NCBI RefSeq assembly: GCF_009914755.1 | Contig: NC_060926.1 | DNA: 64,000 nucleotides | Direction: 5' to 3' (one strand) | Origin: the human T2T-CHM13v2.0 reference genome, Homo sapiens | In this document: positions 1 to 16,300 of the stretch, piece after piece | Layout: each line of letters opens with the position of its first letter | Position numbering within the stretch: position 1 is the stretch's first letter | The notes under the pieces: generated by a model | What the model saw: only the letters and a program-made list of their open reading frames with translations | Databases searched by the model: none | What the model was told of the DNA's origin: nothing | Position numbers and translations under genes: made by a program

Positions 1-535
1 CTGGACTGGGATCTTTAAGTAAAATGAGGATAATTGAATCCTGGGGTGGCAGGGAACATGGGCTGTCCTTAATCACCAAAGATGAGGTGGGTGTGGTCAC
101 CACAGTGGAAAGCAGTGTCAAAGCAGCAGTCAGAATGGTTTGACTCACAGACACCCACGGCATTGTGTAGTCCATGGTATCCACAGGGAGAGCTAATGGG
201 CTGTACCAAAGTCTTAGTTGTTCTTTAAAAAATGAAGAATTCTAGGTCAACTGAATAAAAGACTAACTCAAATTAATGAAACACAGATCTAAAACCCTCA
301 ATCAATTCCCAGACTTGAGCCAGTTCACAGGCCCACAACCCCTTAAGTGAAGGGGAGGCTGGGTGATCTTGGGGAAGTACGCTGCTACGTTGCCAAAAAT
401 TTACATTGTTAATCTTTTTCCCAGTCTTCCCCAAAGGGACTTACAGCCTTCTGCCAGGATGACTGTGACTTAAAGAAAAGAAAATTCTCAGATATTTGGG
501 GAATTACTGGACACTGGCTCTCATTTGACACTATT
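1..535 (+). mobile_element. Degenerate ERVL-class (HERVL-like) internal fragment, gag/protease junction
   Basis: 501-521 gaattactggacactggctct reads ELLDTGS, a retroviral aspartic-protease active-site motif. Upstream 'aatcaattcccagacttgagccagttcacag...gaaggggaggctgggt' resembles HERVL internal sequence as I recall it. No intact ORF. Confidence 0.7.
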
Positions 536-536
536 A

Positions 537-640
537 TCACTATGTTGCCTAGGATGGATTCATGCTCCTGGGTTCAAGCAGTCCTCCTACCTCAGCCTCC
601 CAAAGTGCTGGGATTACAGACATGAGCCACTGTGGCCAGC
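537..640 (-). mobile_element. Alu left-monomer fragment (FLAM/AluJ-like)
   Basis: cactatgttgcctagg...cctcccaaagtgctgggattacagacatgagccactgtggccagc is the reverse complement of an Alu 5' part. Confidence 0.8.
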
Positions 641-724
641 AGAGCTTTGAAACTAGAACATGGAGGTCCAGTGGTAAAGATCTGACAAGTCTGGGAAGAG
701 ATTGGGCCAAGGCAATGTTGATGA

Positions 725-1354
<630 letters not shown>

Positions 1355-1840
1355 AATGTTGATGATTCTAAACAGCAGCCGTTAATGTGAAAACCATCCA
1401 ACTGGAAGCCCTGGCCTTGCCCAGAGGACACAGTCTGGGTGGTGGGCAGAGACTTCAGCTGCCTTCCAAGGCAAGCAGCTCCTTGCTGCCCGCTTGCTGG
1501 GGATTTTACTTACAGGGCAGAAGCTGGCAGGTGATTTGGGGGCAGGAATTGCTTCCTGGATGGTATAGGATGAACCACACTCCCCAGGAAGGCACTCATC
1601 CTGGTGGCCTAACAGAAGCAGCCCTCACCCCAAAAGGCAATGCTGCTCCACTAGTTTTATGGGGTGACTCCTTCCTGTAGGTTCCTTCCAGCTTTACCAG
1701 AAACACAGAACATCTTTCCTGACAGGGCATTGGTTTTGTTTTTGAACAGAGAGATCCTTCTTTTAAAAAGTTAGTTTTTTGTTTTCTTTTGTTTTGTTTT
1801 TTGTAATGGAATCAACCTAGGTCCTAAGCCTAGCAGGTTG

Positions 1841-2148
<308 letters not shown>

Positions 2149-2189
2149 CACAGGTTATTTTTGCTGATCTTCTCCCTCCTCCCACCCTC

Positions 2190-3067
2190 AAAGAAAATGT
2201 GGTACATCTACACCATGGACTACTACGCAACCCTGAAAAGGAACAAAATCACGGTTGTTTTTTTTTTTTTTTTTCTTTTTCTTTTTTTTTTTTTTTTTGC
2301 AGCAACATGGATGTAGCTGGAGGCCATTATCTTTTTTAATTATTTTTATTATTTTTTTTCTATTCTACTTTAAGTTCTGGGGTATATGTGCAGAATGTGC
2401 AGGATTGTTACATAGATATACATGTGCCATAGCGGTTTGCTGCACCCATCAACCCATCATCTACATTAGATATTTCTCATAATGCTGTCCCTTTCCCAGT
2501 CCCCCACCCCTGCAGTAGGCCCCAGTGTGTGATGTTCCCCTCTCTGGGTTGATGTGTTCTCATTGTTCACTTCCCACTTATGAGTGAGAACATGCACTGT
2601 TTGGTTTTCTGCTCCTGTGTCACTTTGCTGAACATGAGGGTTTCCAGCTTCATCCATGTCCCTGCAAAGGACATGAACTCATCTTTTTCATGGCTGCATA
2701 GTATTCCACAGTGTCTATGTGCTACATTTTCTTTATCCAGTCTATCACTGATGAGCATTTGGGTTGGTTCCACATCTTTGCTATTGTGAACAGTGTGGAG
2801 GCCATTATCTTAAGTAAATTAATAGAATGCTGCGTGTTCTCACTTATAAGTGGGAGCTAAATGTTGTGTATATGTAGACACAGAGAAGGGAACAGATATT
2901 GGGGTCTAGTTAGGGGGAGAGAGGAAGGTAGAAGGACAAGAGTTGAAAAAACCAACTGTGGGGTATTATGCTCACTACCTGGGTGATGGGATCACTCATA
3001 CCCCAGACCTCAGCATCACACATCGTACCCATGTAAGAAACCTGTACATGTACCTCCTGAATCCAAA
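2190..3067 (+). mobile_element. Old L1 (L1PB/L1MA-like) ORF2 end and 3' UTR, interrupted by an antisense L1PA
   Basis: aagaaaatgtggtacatctacaccatgg..., gcagcaacatggatgtagctggaggccattatc, then ttctcacttataagtgggagctaaa...ctcactacctgggtgatgggatc...cctgaatccaaa. Confidence 0.8.
2334..2795 (-). mobile_element. 5'-truncated L1PA 3' end
   Basis: Minus-strand ORF contains the L1 ORF2p C-terminus (DEFMSFAGTWMKLET...QEQKTKQCMFSLISGK). 16-bp TSD tggaggccattatctt at 2318-2333 and 2796-2811. Confidence 0.9.
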
Positions 3068-3163
3068 CTGCTCCACCATTTGCACCAGCAATTCCAAGAC
3101 TGGGCATCTACCCAAAGGAAAAGAAGTCATTCTACCAAAAAGACACATGCATGGTAAAGTTCC

Positions 3164-3449
3164 TTTTTTTTGTTTGTTTTTTGAGATGGAGTCTCACTCT
3201 ATTTCCCATGCTGGAGTGCAGTAGCAATCTCGGCTCACTGCAACCTCTGCCTCCAGGGTTCAAGTGATTCTCCTGCCTCAGCCTCTTGAGCAGCTGGGAT
3301 TACAGGCATGCGCCACCATGCCTGGCTAATTTTTGTATTTTTAGTAGAGACAGGGTTTCACCATATTGACCAGGCTGGTCTCGAACTCCTGACCTCAGGT
3401 GATCTGCCCACCTTGGCCCTCCAGAGTGCTGGGATTACAGTGCCTGGCC
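3164..3449 (-). mobile_element. AluS-like element with a short deletion near its 5' end
   Basis: Alu dimer ending gggattacagtgcctggcc. Confidence 0.9.
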
Positions 3450-3524
3450 CTGTAAGGTTCATCACAGCACGACTTACAATAGGAAAGTCATGGAATCAAC
3501 CTAGTTGCCCATCAGTGGGGTACC

Positions 3525-4312
3525 GGATAAAGCAAAAGTGGTTCTTCTACAGCATCGAATACTACACAGCCATGAAAAAGAATAAAATCATGTCCTTTGC
3601 GGCCACATGGATGTAGCTGGAGGACATTATGCTTAATGAATTAACACAAGAACAGAAAATCAAATACCACATGTTCTTGTCTGGATAAAGCAATTGTGGC
3701 CCTTCTACACCATGGAATACTACACAGCCACGAAAAAGAATAATGTCATGTCCTTTGCAGCCACATGGACACAGCTGAAGGACATTATGCTTAGTGAATT
3801 AATGCCAGGAACAGAAAATGAAATACTACATGTTCTCAACTGGATAAAGCAAATGTGGCCCTTCTACACCACGGAATACTACACAGTGATGAAAAAAATA
3901 AAATCATGTCTTTGCAGCCACATGGATGCAGCCAGAGGGCATTATGCTTAGTGAATCAATATGAGGAACAGAAAATCAAATACCACATGTTCTGCACTAG
4001 ATAAAGCAAATGTGGTCCTTCTGCATCATGGAATACTACACAGCCATGAACAAGAATAAAATCATGCCCTTTGCAGCAACGTGGATGAAGCTGAAGGGCA
4101 TTATGCTTAGTGAATTAATGCCAGAAACAGAAAATCAAATACCACATGTTCTCAATTAGATAAAGTAAATGTGGTCCTTCCGCATCATGGAATACTACAC
4201 AGCCATGAACAAGAATAAAATCATGCCCTTTGCAGTCACATGGATGAAGCTGAAGGGCACTATGCTTAGTGAATTAACGCCAGGAACAGAAAATAAAATA
4301 CCACATGTTTTT
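3525..4312 (+). repeat. Tandem repeat, 5 x ~158 bp, derived from the L1 ORF2 C-terminal coding segment
   Basis: Units start (g/a)gataaag(c/t)aa at 3525, 3683, 3842, 3999 and 4158. Confidence 0.92.
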
Positions 4313-4420
4313 GCTTATAGGTGGGAGCTAAACATTGCCTGCACCTGGACACAATGAAGGGGCACCACAGACCCTCAGGACTAATAGAGTAGGAAGCAGG
4401 GGCGGGGGTACAAGGGTTGA

Positions 4421-4910
<490 letters not shown>

Positions 4911-5676
4911 TGAATCATTAGTGCATATATAAATATACATTTTATTTTTAGTACACATTATATACCTCAGGAATGTACAATGCTCAGCGCCTGGGTGACG
5001 GGATTATTCATACCCCAAACCTCAGCATCGTACAATATCCCCAGGACACAAAGCTGCCCGTGGATCCCCTGAATCTATAATAATAATAATTAATAATAAT
5101 AATAATAATAAATAAAAAGTGACTTTGTCATTCGCAGGGAAATGTGAATGACATTCACTCTGCCTCTCAGGTCCTTGGATTCCCAAAGTTTGTTTTCCTC
5201 ACGCCCAGGGGACACTCAGAATGTCGTTTGCAGAACACGGGTTGTTTTTCTTAGAAACGCCTTGCAAAACAAAATAGGAAGCAAAATCTTTCTCACTCCT
5301 TCCACTCCATAATAGACAAAATAAAATGAGGGGGCAGGAATCCAGAGACTTTGACCACAGTTGGCAGATTTATTGTGGTACAGACATGAAGGCAAGCAGT
5401 GTTCTCTCTGATTCTACGAACTGTACAGCCCGGGCCAGGTGCCTTCTGCTTTCTGGATGGTGCAGGCGTGAGCTCCAAGCCCAAATTTCACTGGAGCTCC
5501 AAGAATCGAGCCTGGCCCAGGCACTCACTGCACGGGGGCCAAGCGTGAAACCAGTGATCGCTCCAGCAAGGTAACAGGACAGCTTGGTGATCCTTCTTGC
5601 CGGCCACAAAAGGTTATAGCCAGAATTCCACCGAATGTGGTCTTTCTGTGTCTCTCCCCAGATAGTGAAGCTGCAC

Positions 5677-6070
5677 AAACCTGGGGGTGGGGGGTGGGGG
5701 GTGCTGACCTCAGTGGGGTGTCCTGGAGAGGCAGGAACCAGGGTTTACAGGGTGCAGATCCTACTGAAGCAAATGGACGTGGCATCCGTGGGCAGAGCTG
5801 GCTGTGGCTGGCCTTCCAGCCTGGATGTCTCCCCCCCCCCGCCTGGGGTGTCACCAGATGCACCCAGAGACCCCTTCTAAACCTGGGGGGATGTGCTGAC
5901 CTCAGTGGGGTTTCCTGGAGAGGCAGGAAGCTGGGTTTCCAGGGTACATATCCTACTGAAGCAAATGGATGTGGCATCCTTGGGCAGAGCTGGCTGTGGC
6001 TGGCCTTCCAGCCTGGACGTCTCCCCCACTGCCTGGGGTGTCACCAAATGCACCCAGAGACCTCTCTTCT
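5677..6070 (+). repeat. Tandem duplication, 2 x ~195-200 bp, GC-rich
   Basis: aaacctggggg...gtgctgacctcagtgggg...gcacccagagacc starts at 5677 and again at 5879. Confidence 0.9.
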
Positions 6071-6164
6071 GAAAGCCCATTCATGGGAAGCCTCCAGGTC
6101 TCCTCAGCAGGCAGCATCACGTCTGATTTCACTGCGTTATCAGGTAATGCAGGCCTGTTCTACC

Positions 6165-6912
<748 letters not shown>

Positions 6913-6914
6913 CC

Positions 6915-7358
6915 AGTGTGTGAACTTTTATGTTTGTGTGTCTACATGATTATGTGAGTCTTTTTGTGACTGTGTTTCCATGAGTGTGTGACTGTATTTG
7001 TGTGTTTGTGTGTGCTTGTGTGATTCTGAGTGTGTCTATGAGTGTGTATGACATATGTGAGTGTCTGTGTGGGTGAGTAGCCATCCACGTGTTTATATGA
7101 GAGTGTTTTCATGATTCTGTTTATGAGTGACTTTGTATGTATACGTGTTTGTGTGCTTTGTGAGAATGTCAATGTGCATGTGCACCCACGTGTGCAAAAA
7201 ACCCACACATTTTTGTAATTGTGTTTGTGTGTGTGTCCCTGCATTTGTGTGAGTGTGCATGTCTTCGTGTGTCCATGTGTTTCTATGAGTGTGTTTTGTG
7301 ATTCTGTCTGTCTTTGTGTTGATGTGTGTTTGTGTAAGTGTGTGGTTGCATTTGTGTC
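6915..7358. repeat. Degenerate (TG)n tract
   Basis: TG-rich low-complexity sequence. Confidence 0.85.
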
Positions 7359-8850
7359 AGTGATTCTGGAGCAGGTGAGCTGATCACAAGTCTGAGCCGA
7401 GAATCCATGGAGCTCTTTTACAACAGAAGCCGGGACCCTGTGCAAATCCTTCTGAAATATCCCCGGTTTACAGAGCTCCTAGGGGTGGGGAAGAAAAATT
7501 CCCTGACTTTTCGGCCTCAGGGAAAGAGAGAGACACCCCGCTGGCCGTACACCTCTGCTGTTTCTCAGAAAACAGGTGGGGTATCACTCTTTCCCAAATG
7601 ACGGTGATTTTAAGAACGGTTCACCTTTTGAAGAGACGTTTCTGCCCTGGCGATCCATACATATTGAACCCAAATGAATATTTTTTAATTAAAAATTTTT
7701 ATATAAATATACATTGTGCATACTTTATATTAATATATTGATATAAATATATTTTATTAATATAAACATGATTTTTATAGTTCATATAAATAGTTATATA
7801 TAGTGTATATGTAAAATATACTTTTATTTGTGATACATAATTTTATAGATTAAATTTTATATACTAAGCAAAGTTATATGTGATATATACATGCCATATA
7901 ACATCATTTATATAATATATCTTTATGTAAATAAGTATATAATAAAATTGATCTTATATTTGTTAATACATAATTATGTATATATACTATGTAAAAATAA
8001 AATTATATATTGTATGTGCATAATATTTCTATAAATACACGCTTATGTGTGTATTTATACATGAATGCCTGTGTTTGTGTGAGTACTTCAGTGAGTGCGT
8101 GAATGTGTGTGTGTGCATGTGTGCCAGTGTTTGTGTGAGTGTAAGAGTGTTGTACATTTATACACACACATTTTGTCTTCTGGTTAATAACAAGATCTAT
8201 CTTTGATTTAGGATATGAAGAATTCTTATAAGCAACCCCCCACACAAAATTTGTATTTATTTTAAAATATTCTTAAAATATGGGTTCTTTTATTTTTGCA
8301 CAAACAGACAAGAGTGTTTTTTCTTTCCAAAACTTTTATTTCAAATTCTGACCCTGAGGAGCAGAAAAAGAAGAAAACATTGTGTAACCTTATATACATT
8401 AGAAACATAAGTAGTTACTAAATGCAATACAGATTTTGACAACATGCATTTAGGAAAAATGAGGAATTCAAACTCGTAGCTGCCTCAATATTGAACTTTC
8501 TAAAGTTTAATTTTTTTTAATTAAAAAATATTCATTTGGGTTCAATATGTATGGATCTCCAGGGCAGAAATGTCTCTCCAAAAAGTGAACCACTCTGAAA
8601 ATCACCGTCATTTGGGAAAGGGTGATGCCCCAGCTGTCTTCTGAAAAATAGCAGAGGCTTCCGGCCAGTGGGGTGTCTCTCTCTTTCCCTGAGGCCGAAA
8701 TGTCAGGGAATTTTTCTTCCCCACCCCTAGGAGCCCAGTAAATGGAGAATATTTCAGAAGGATTTGCACAGGGTCCCGGCTTCTGCTATTTATGAGCTCC
8801 ATGGATTCTTGGCTCAGGCTTGTGATCAGCTCACCTGCTCCAGAATCACT
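7359..8850. repeat. Inverted repeat, ~340-bp arms (7359-7695 and 8514-8850), ~820-bp spacer
   Basis: agtgattctggagcaggtgagctgatcacaag... is the reverse complement of ...cttgtgatcagctcacctgctccagaatcact. The + and - ORF translations share SDSGAGELITSLS...FPK. Confidence 0.93.
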
Positions 8851-9485
8851 TCCCATCTTAGCTTCTGGGCTAAGACACCTCAAAACCAGCAAAGGAAAGT
8901 CCTCACTGGTCAACGCGTCCATCCCAACTCCCCCATCTCCCCTTAGGGTGGGTTTGGGGTTCGGGACTGCTTTACTGTTCCTTTCAAAGCAGACTGGGAG
9001 GTAAGATTTTATTCTGCTTCCAGAGGTTCAGGATTTCTGCAGACGGTCAGCAACTCTTTGCATCCTACTGGTAAAAGTTTTATATACTTTGTATTTATAG
9101 AAATACGCATTGTGTATATTTTATATGAATAGATTGATATAAATTATTTTAGTAACTTAACCATATGACTTTTATATTTTTATATAAATAAAGTTATATG
9201 TAGTGTATATGTAAAATACTTTTATTTCTAATACATAATTTTATAGATTAAATTTAATATATTAAGCAAATACTTTTATTTCTAATACATAATTTTATAG
9301 ATTAAATTTAATATATTAAGCAAAAATATATGTAACATATATAACATATAACATCATTTCTATAATATATAACTTAATGTAAATAAGTATATAAAATTGA
9401 TATTATATTTGTTAATACATAATTATACATATATACTGTGTAAAAATAAAATTACATATTGTATATGCATAATTATATTTCTAAG
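7700..9485 (+). repeat. Direct duplication of an AT-rich block (7700-8035 and ~9095-9485)
   Basis: Shared strings tagtgtatatgtaaaata, atacataattttatagattaaattt, tatatttgttaatacataattat. The second copy has an internal 54-bp tandem duplication at 9217-9324. Confidence 0.85.
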
Positions 9486-9869
9486 TACAATTATATACTA
9501 TGTATAATTATGTATAAAATAATTGTATAATAAAAATATAATAAATTTTGAAACGTTATAAATTATACATAGTATTTTATTGTATTAAATTTAGAAATGT
9601 GTTATATGTAATAAAATTTTATTATAATAAATGTAGATTATATAAAATCTTATTTATAATAAATTACCTTATGTATAATTATGAGAAAATAATTACATAT
9701 CATTGTATTATAATAAATTTAGAGATGTTATACATTATTATATATAAAATTTCATTATATTAAATTTAGAAATATATGTAATAAAATGGTATTATGTTAA
9801 AATTTTTATGTAACATTTTATTATACATGTATAATTTTATATAATGTTTTATAATATATAGAATATAAG

Positions 9870-11535
<1,666 letters not shown>

Positions 11536-11969
11536 AGGCAGTCTCCGCAGGAAGCATGGTGCAGGTGGGATCTGGAGGTGACTCTGGGCTGCCAGAAGAC
11601 GCCCCACTGCTTTGCGGCAGACACAGGTGGAGAGGTCCTCTCTGTAGCTTCAGCATGGACAGTGTGTGTGTCTTGCTGTGGGAACACTTCTTTCTGCTTC
11701 CCTCTCCACTGTGACCCCATCACACTCACTGACCTGCCCTCCTCCTTCCTCTCGCTCTCCGGGGCCCCTGTGGAAAGAGGGTCTTCCCTCCGTGCAGCAG
11801 GAACCCCCAGGACCATCCCCATGCTCCTGGGTTCTGAACTTCAGGGACATATGATCCTACCTGACCGGGCACAGGCTCTGTTCACCCTCAGGAACCCCTG
11901 TCCTCCCAGGCCACCGTGGACTGGAGAACTGGCCTCCTGAAAATCCAGAGAGAACTTAGCACTCACAAC

Positions 11970-12254
11970 TTCTTTCTTTTTTTCTTTTTTCTTTGAGACT
12001 GGATCTTGCTCTTTTCCCCAGGCTGGAGTGCAATGGCATGATCTCAGCTCACTGCAACCTCCTCCTCCCAGGTTCAAGCAGTTCATCCCGCCTCTGTCTC
12101 CCGAGTATCTGGGATCACAGTCATCCACCCCCGCGGCCAACTAATTTCTGTATTTTTAGTAGAGACGGGGTTTCACCATGTTGGCCAGGCTGGTCTCGAA
12201 CTCTTGACCTCAAGTGATCCACCCGCCTCGGCCTCCCAAAGTACTGGGATGACA
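11970..12254 (-). mobile_element. AluS-like element, slightly 5'-truncated
   Basis: Alu dimer ending cccaaagtactgggatgaca. Confidence 0.88.
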
Positions 12255-12759
12255 TATATTAGCATGATGTATATTCTTCTATTCCTCCGGGGACTCACTG
12301 TCTTCTTGGGCAGTAAACCACTGTGCCCGGACTTCTCTGTCCACATCTGCACACATCTAAACCTCTGTAGATTCTGAATTGTTTTTCCTTTTGCACAGAA
12401 TGAGAGGAACTGAAGTCGGGAGGCCCAGCCCCAACACGGTCCCTGTGGCTCTGTGCTCAGGTGGTTTATGGCTGAGAAGGACTTGGGGGGTTGAGGGCTT
12501 CCTATCAGCCCAGGAGACATTACCTGGGTCTGGGAAGCCTGCTCTGCACTTGTGGGTCTCGAATTGTCTGTTGCATTTACCTGCCTCATTATTTTTTCTT
12601 CCTGTCTCTCTTCTTACATATTTCTTTCGAATTTGGAGCTTGTTTTTCTTAACTACAATCAACTTGAATCATTACTGCATATATAAATATAAATTTTATA
12701 TTGAGTAGACATTATATACTCAATCTACTACACATTCGAACACGGGCCATATCTAAGAT

Positions 12760-13357
12760 GAATATTTATATTTAATGTTTAAAACATGTTTACATTTCAT
12801 ATAGAAAAATATATTTATATTTAATATATATGTGTATATTTAATACAGGAAATATATATTTATATTTAACATATAAAAATATATGTTTATATTTAATATG
12901 GGAAATATATGTCTTTGTTTAATATACATAATACATGTTGATATTTAATATAGAAAATGTATAGTTATATTTACTATGCAAAATACATGTTTATATTTAA
13001 TATAGAAAATATGTTTATATTTAATGTACAGGATACATATTTACATTTAATATAGAAAATACATATTTATATTTAACATACACAGTATTTATATTTAATG
13101 TATAAAATATGTTTACATTTAATGTGCTGAATATATGCTTATATTTAATGTCTAAAATGTCTATATTTAATGTACTGTATACATTAAATGTACCAAATCT
13201 ATTCTTATATTTAATGTATAAAAGAAGTTTATATTTAACATATAAGATATGTTTACATTTAATGTATAAAATGTTTATGTTTGATGTATAAAAGATGTTT
13301 ATATTTAACGTATACAATTTATATTTAATGTACCAAATATATTATTATATTTAATGT
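12760..13357. repeat. AT-rich degenerate minisatellite, ~26-bp period
   Basis: Recurring ttta(t/c)atttaa(t/c)...aaaatat(a/g)t, roughly 20 copies, abutting the GC-rich satellite. Confidence 0.8.
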
Positions 13358-16300
13358 CCAAGCCAGCCAAGCCAGTCAGCCAAGCCAGCTAAGCCACCCA
13401 CCCAGCCAAGCCAGCCAAGTGAGCCAGCTAGCCAGCCAGCCAAGCCAGCCAAACCAGCCAAGCCAGCCAGCCAGCCAAGCCAGCCAAGCCTGCCAGCCAG
13501 CCAAGCCAGCCAAGCAAGCCAGCCAGCCAAGCCAGCCAGCCAGCCCAGGAGCCCCAGCCAGCCAGCCAATCCAAACAGCCAAGCCAGCCAAGCCAGCAAG
13601 CCAGCCAAGCAAGCCAAGCCTGCCAGCCAGCCAAGCCAGCCAAGCAAGCCAGCCAGCCAAGCCAGCCAGCCAGCCCAGGAGCCCCAGCCAGCCAGCCAAC
13701 CCAAACAGCCAAGCCAGCCAAGCCAGCCAGCCAGCCAAGCCAGCCAAGCCAGCCAGCCAGCCAAGCCAGCCAAGGCAGCCAAGCCAGCCAAGCCGGCCAG
13801 GCAGCCAAGCAAGCCAAGCCAGCCAGCCAGACAAGGCAGCCAAGCCAGCAGGCCAAGCGAGCCAAGCCAAGCCAGCCAAGCCAGCCAGTTAGCCAGCCAA
13901 GCCAGCCAAGCCAGCCAGCCAGCCAAGCCAGCCCAGCCAGCCAGCCAGCCAGCCGAGCCGGCCAAGCCAGACAGTGAGCCCAGCCAGCCCAGCCAGTCAG
14001 CCAGCCAAACCAGCCAGCCAGCCAAGCCGGCCAGCCACCCAGCAAAGCCAGCCAAGAGACCCAAGCCAGCCAGCAAAGCTGGCCAAACCAGCCAAGCCAG
14101 TCAGCCAAGCCAGCCAAGCCAGCCAAGCCGCCCAGCCAAGCCGCCCAGCCAGCCAAGCCAGCCAAGCCGCCCAGCTAACCAGGCCAGCCACCCAGCCAGT
14201 GAGCCAAGCCAGCCAAGCCAGCCAGGCAGCCAAGCCAGCCAAGCCAGCCAAGCCAGCCAGCCAGCCAGCCAAGCCAGGCATGCCAGCCAAGCCATCCAGT
14301 CAGCGACGCCAGCCGGCTAGCCAAGCCAGCCAAGCCACCCGGCCGGCCAAGCCAGCCAGCCAACACAGCCAAGCCAGCCAACCAGCCAAGACAGTCAGCT
14401 AGCCAAGCCAGCCAACCGGCCAGCCAGCCAAGCCGGCCGGCCTGCCAGCCAACCAAGCCAGCCAGACAGCCAAGGCAGCCAAGCCGGCCAGGCAGCCAAG
14501 CCAGCCAAGCCAAGGACCCAGCCAAGCCACCCAGCCAACCAAGACAGCCAAGCCAGCCAAACCAGCCTGCCAGCCAAGCCAGCCAAGCCATCCAGCCTGC
14601 CAAGCCAGCTGGCCAGCCAAGCTAGCCAATCCACTCACCCACTCAAGCCAGCCAAGTCACCCGGCCGGCCAAGCCAGCCAAGCCAGCCAGCCAGCCCAGA
14701 CAGCCAAGCCAGCCAGCCCAGACAGCCAAGCCAGCCAGCCAACCAAGCCAGCCAAGCCAGCCAAGCCACCCAGCCAGCCAAGCCAGCCAGCCAAACCAGC
14801 TGAGTCACCCAGCCAGCCAAGCCACCCAAGACAGCCAGCCAGCCAGCCAAGCCAGCCAAATAGCCAAGCCAGCCAAGCAAGCCATCAGCCAAGCCAGCCA
14901 AGCCTGCCAGCCAGCAGAGCCAGCCAACCAGCCAAGCCAGCCAGCCAGCCAAGCCAGCCAAGCCAGCCAGCCAGCCACTCAAGCCATCTAAGCAAACCAG
15001 CCAGCCAAGCCAGCCAAGCCACCGACCCAGCCAAGCCAGCCAACACACCCAGCCAGCCAAGCCAGCCAAGCCAGCCAAACCAGCCTGCCAGCCAAACCAG
15101 CCAAGCCATCCAGCCAGCCAAGCCAGTCAAGCCACCCAGCCAGCCAAGCCAGCCAAGCCACCCAGCCAGCCAAGCTGGCCAAGCCACTCAACCAGCCAAG
15201 CCAGCCAGCCACCCAAGCCAGCCAAGCCACTCAGCCAGCCAAGATGGCCAAGCCACCCAGTCAAGCCAGCTAAGCCAGCCAGGCAGCCAAGCCAGCCAAG
15301 TCAGCCAAGACCTCCAGCCAGCCAAGAAAGGCATGCCAGCCAAGACAGCCAGGCAGCCAAGCCAGCAAGCAAGCAAAGCCAGGCATGCCAGCCAAGCCAG
15401 CCAGGCAGCCAAGCCAGCCAAGCCAGCCAGCCAGCCAAGCCAGGCATGCCAGCCAAGCCATCCAGCCAGCCAAGCCAGCCGGCTAGCCAAGCCAGCCAAG
15501 CCACCCGGCCAGCCAAGCCAGCCAGCCAAGCCAGCCAAGCCAGCCAACCAGTCAAGCCAGTCAGCTAGCCAAGCCAGCCAAGCCACCCGGCCAGCCAAGC
15601 CAGCCAGCCAACCCAGTCAAGCCAGCCAACCAGCCAAGACATTCAGCTAGCCAAGCCAGCCAACCAGCCAGCCACTCAAGCTGGCCAACCTGCCAGCCAA
15701 CCAAGCCGGCCAGACAGCCAAGGCAGCCAAGCCGGCCAGGCAGCCAAGCCAGCCAAGCCACTGACCCAGCCAAGCCACTCAGCCAGCCAAGACAGCCAAG
15801 CCAGCCAAACCAGCCTGCCAGACAAGCCAGCCAAGCCAGCCAAGCCATCCAGCCTGCCAAGCCAGCTGGCCAGCCAAGCTAGACAATCCACTCACCCTCT
15901 CAAGCCAGCCAAGTCACCCGGCCAGCCAAGCCAGCCAAGCCAGCCAGCCAGCCCAGACAGCCAAGCCAGCCAGCCCAGAAAGCCAAGCCAGCCGGCCAGC
16001 CAAGCCAGCCAAGCCAGCCAAGCCAGCCAGCCAGCCAAGCCAGCCAAGCCACCCAGCCAGCCAAGCCAGCCAGCAAGCCAGCCAGACAGCCAAGCCAGCC
16101 AGCCACCCAGCCAGCCAGGCCAGCCAGTCACCCAGCCAGCCAAGCCAGCCAGCCATCCAGCCAGCCAGGTCAGCCTGCCACCCAGCCAGCCAAGACAGAC
16201 AAGCCAGCCAAGCCAGCCAGCCACCCAGCCAGCCAGGCCAGCCAGCCACCCAGCCAGCCCAGACAGCCAAGTCAGCCAGCCAGCCAAGGCAGCCAAGCCA

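Noticed and set aside
1-535. Functional retroviral protease gene
   Set aside because: Only the DTGS motif survives; truncated by an Alu fragment and no ORF.
7338-8922. Paralogous 87-aa and 104-aa ORFs on opposite strands
   Set aside because: By-products of the inverted repeat; no recognisable domain.
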